A DNA stretch of 63,920 nt, the filler included, from Folioceros fuciformis (taxonomy: Eukaryota), in the NCBI GenBank assembly GCA_049999805.1. It is 8 parts of 8 records of this genome, joined end to end, with 100 filler letters (N's around TTAATTAATTAA, not from the genome) between each part and the next. Parts side by side here need not be neighbours in the genome. Positions count along the whole stretch, not along the records: positions 56,447 to 61,666 come from JBNGIO010001261.1; positions 61,767 to 63,920 come from JBNGIO010001265.1; 6 more parts are not named here. One strand, 5' to 3'. The translations under genes were made by a program, and so were the position numbers. Positions 60,701 through 63,920 of this stretch are shown in pieces (position 1 is the first letter of the stretch; every line of letters starts with the position of its first letter). The notes below the pieces were generated by a model. The model saw only the letters and a program-made list of their open reading frames with translations. It was not told the origin of the DNA and did no database searches.

Positions 60701-61135
60701 TCATCAATCCACCGCAATCGTGCATTCTTGCTGTTGGATCAGGTGAGCGCATTATTCGATTGCTTTACGTGGATGTTGATCTATCACTTCATCGCCTGCT
60801 GGTGTCCCTGATTTTTTTTTTTCTTTGCGTGCTTCTGTGGTTTGCAGCTGAAAAGCGAGTTATTCCCGGCAAGGAGGAAGGAGAATTTGCAGCCGGCTCG
60901 TTTATGACTGTTACACTCAGCTGTGACCACCGCGTTGTTGATGGTGCGAGGCTCTGCTTGATTCTAAACAAAGTCTAATATTCTGTTGAATGTGGGGGGC
61001 CTCTAAGTGATTTCCTTGCAATGGTGGCTGACGGATTCGAATTGTTGGTCTGCTGTTTCATTAGGTGCTATTGGAGCTCAATGGCTAGGAGCATTCAAGG
61101 GGTTCATTGAGGATCCGGACACTCTGCTCCTTTAG
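57720..61135 (+). CDS. DLAT: Mitochondrial pyruvate dehydrogenase E2 (dihydrolipoamide acetyltransferase), single lipoyl domain, many short exons
   Basis: Arg/Ala/Ser-rich presequence; lipoyl domain [22 protein letters not shown]...[25 protein letters not shown]...[33 protein letters not shown]; catalytic SCDHRVVDG; ends [10 protein letters not shown]. Confidence 0.96.
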
Positions 61136-61666
61136 GAAATGGTCGCTCATTTTCTTTTCCCTCGGTAGAGATACTCTACTCCACCTTTTTTTTGGGCGGT
61201 AGACTGCGAGGTATGCAAAGTCTATACCGCGATTGAGTTCAATCTACCCATAAGCCCCTTTTTGGTTTGGGTAGACCGTCATCTGGAGTCTGCCCCTGGT
61301 TTAGGTAGACTCGGTTAACCCGTGGCCTTTGTCCACCACTGCTGCCCGTTAGCGGTTGTGGGAATAAGTGAGTATCTCGCTCAACTGCGATCTTGGACTC
61401 GTAGAATTCGGTTGGGGGAATCAGTGAGCAGCTCGCTCAATTGCGATCTTGGATTTGTAGAACCATAACCGCAGCGGTCAGGCACATTACAAAGGTACGT
61501 ATTGGTTTGGGAAGGTGGTGAGGGTGGGTCAGGCTTTACAGTCATAAATAGTGAGCAGAATTCTCATTTTATGAGTTCTGATTCATGTCTCGTGCCAAGC
61601 ACAAGACAATAAAGGGTGTTTTTCTGGAGGGGAACGATGTGAAGTTCATATCATTCGAACCTGAAC

Positions 61667-61766
61667 NNNNNNNNNNNNNNNNNNNNNNNNNNNNNNNNNN
61701 NNNNNNNNNNTTAATTAATTAANNNNNNNNNNNNNNNNNNNNNNNNNNNNNNNNNNNNNNNNNNNN
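61667..61766. other. Artificial contig spacer
   Basis: N44-TTAATTAATTAA-N44. Confidence 0.97.
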
Positions 61767-63487
61767 GAAGGGAGGGGGGCGGGGCCTGGGCCTGGACCTG
61801 GGCCCAGGACCGGCACGGGCCGCGGTACGTGAGCGGGGCGGGCGGACGAGGTGTTGTATGGAGACCAGCTCTGCTACGTCGCGGGTCGGGTACGGGGTGG
61901 GCCACACGCCTGTGCGTCGCCTCGATAAGCGGGCCAAAGGAAGCGCGAGACGAGGGGAAGGTGGAGTGGGGTTGGAAATTATTATTAGTGAGGGCTATCC
62001 AGCGCCAGCGGGGAGCAGCAGCTTTCTTAGGGTCTGGTGGGGCCTGGGCTGGACTGGCCTGGACTGGCCGGGACTGGCCGGGTCTGCCGCATTCATCCCA
62101 GCACAGCACGTGATTACTCATTAGCTGTAGAGGCTGTAGACTGTTGCTGTTTGCTATTTCCAGAGGCAGCGCTGCTTCTACCTGCGGGTGCGGGTGCGGA
62201 TGCGGATGCGTAGCAGCGGCGGCAGGGCGGGGGCAGAGGCAGGTGCAGGTGCAGAGCAGCGGGTAGGGTTGGGTAGGGTTGGGTAGGGTAGGGGTCCAAT
62301 CTGAATTAAGGCGCTTTTACTGTGGGGGGCTTGGGGAGGGGTAGACCTCAAGACGCCGCATACACACTACTTCCTTCCCTTGCTGTTTGCAAGATGGTGG
62401 TGTCATGGGCTTGTACCAGTGTAGACACGTAGCGAAAGTGGTGGATGGGCAGAGTTCCGATTGGAATGGGAATTGGAATTGCACCGTCGTCGTCGTGCGC
62501 AGAGTACGAAAGAGGCTCGGAGGTGGCAGGCAGGATAGGGAAGGTGGAAAGGGGAGTCCATAGTTGTAGCCATAGTTACAGGGCTTACAGGCACAGCCAT
62601 TAGCCATTAGCCATGTACACCCACACACGTGGGCGGGCGCTCCCTCCACTTTTAGCGCGTCGCGTGGTGTGGCGTCGCAATGGCAGAGGATAAGATGCAG
62701 CTGAGCAGAGCAGTGCACTGCACTGGACACTGCACTGCAAGGAACGATTCCCCTTCTTGTCATTACACAAGAAAAAGGGAAAGGGCAGGCCTTGACACGC
62801 ATCCAGGACGGACAAGAAGCGAGTTGATGGGGAGATGCATACACACAACGTACGTACAAGTGTACGGTGTACGTACGTACATAATGGTGTGTTGGTTGTG
62901 GTGGTGGGGTTTGTGTTGAGGGGAGAGCCTGTGCGAGGGTTTTGGTGGATTTGGGCCAGGAAATCACGATACTGTGAGCAGGCAGAAAGCAGGAGGAGGG
63001 TGGAGAGGAGGCGTGAGAAGGAGATGAAGAAGGAAGGCCTAGGGGCAAAAGGCCCCTAGGGAGGGCTCGAGGGCCAGGGGCAAAAGGCCCCTAGGGAGGG
63101 CTCCTGAGGGCCAGGGAGCAGGGAGCAGGGAGCAGCAGGGAAGGGAGTGGAGTGGAAGCACGGCCCTGTTTGATGACTGGAGGAGCGGCATCCAGTGGGC
63201 ACAGCCACACCCACGGGCCACGGGACACGGGACAGGGAGAAGGAGCCAGGACAGGGCAGGGCAGGGCCCAGGGGTCCATGGGCCATGGACCACGTGCCAG
63301 CGCAGCGTGTGATAGAATCATGTCACCTACCCGCTTCCTACCCGCGACACGGAAGTGACGGGACGGGACGGGACCGGGATGGGAGGCGGGAAGGCGGGAA
63401 GGCGGGCGTAGTGCGCAGCTTGTAGTGCGTAGTGCGTATTGCGTTATGTACATACATCTTGCGTAGCGATGGTGTGACGGTGACGGG

Positions 63488-63617
63488 TGGAGAGGAGTGG
63501 AGTGGAGTGGAGTGGAGTGCAGTAGAGTCGAGTCGAGTCGAGTCGAGTCTGGTGGAGTCTGGTGCGGTGCAGCGCAGTGCAGTCTAGTCTAGTCTAGTCT
63601 AAGTCTAGTCCAGTCTA
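63488..63617. repeat. Compound pentanucleotide microsatellite (GGAGT, CGAGT, GCAGT, CTAGT)
   Basis: 5-nt period with stepwise motif change. Confidence 0.85.
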
Positions 63618-63920
63618 ATGTGGACAGTGTCCGCAGTCCGGCTCACGTGGTGGACGTGGGAGCACCGGGCACGTGAAGGTGCCACCCCATCACGTGCACC
63701 ACCTCTCTAGGCCTACCGGCCGGGCTACCCCTAGTCCCGTGTGGGCGGGGCGGGGCCCGGCCCGGCTCGGCTCGGCCCTGCAGGGCACTACTTCCCTTCC
63801 CCTTCCCTTCCCTTTGTAAAGTTGTAGATAAAAAGGGCAAAGGGAGAGAGGAGTGCGAGAGCGGGGTGGGGGAAGGCGGGGCCCACCCCACGCCTTCCAT
63901 GCCCTGGCCGCGCCAAGGCT

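Noticed and set aside
11333-61766. Recurrent TTAATTAATTAA palindrome as a biological motif, and the window as a stress-gene cluster (SRO, DRIP, APX, CRLK1, BRG)
   Set aside because: The motif is an assembly spacer inside N runs; the genes lie on different contigs whose true adjacency is unknown.

Overview
Eukaryotic nuclear DNA from a gene-dense land plant. Short GT-AG introns (mostly ~55-250 nt) suggest a compact non-seed-plant genome such as a Selaginella-type lycophyte or hornwort; this is inference only. The window is eight contigs joined by seven artificial 100-nt spacers (44 N + TTAATTAATTAA + 44 N), so adjacency across spacers is not biological evidence. Thirteen recognisable genes: SRO/RCD1-like (PARP-like + RST), BMI1/DRIP-like RING-RAWUL, Mpv17/PMP22 (5'-truncated), SEN2, RPL12, TMEM209/PNET1-like (intronless), a spliced DUF1853 (PD-(D/E)XK-like) gene, cytosolic APX, a ZHOUPI-like bHLH-ACT factor, a BOI/BRG RING ligase, EGY2, a CRLK1-like kinase and mitochondrial PDH E2. 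There is also an orphan 747-aa single-exon coiled-coil ORF, a patatin pseudogene, a possible decayed NLR, copia/hAT/pogo remnants, interstitial telomere-like arrays and many mini- and microsatellites. No rRNA, tRNA or CRISPR array was found. The best leads are the intron-containing DUF1853 putative nuclease, the head-to-head SRO-BMI1/DRIP pair (SRO keeps PARP His and Tyr), the orphan transposon-like coiled-coil ORF and the ZOU-like bHLH. All family calls come from motif recognition by eye, not database searches, and exon boundaries are approximate.
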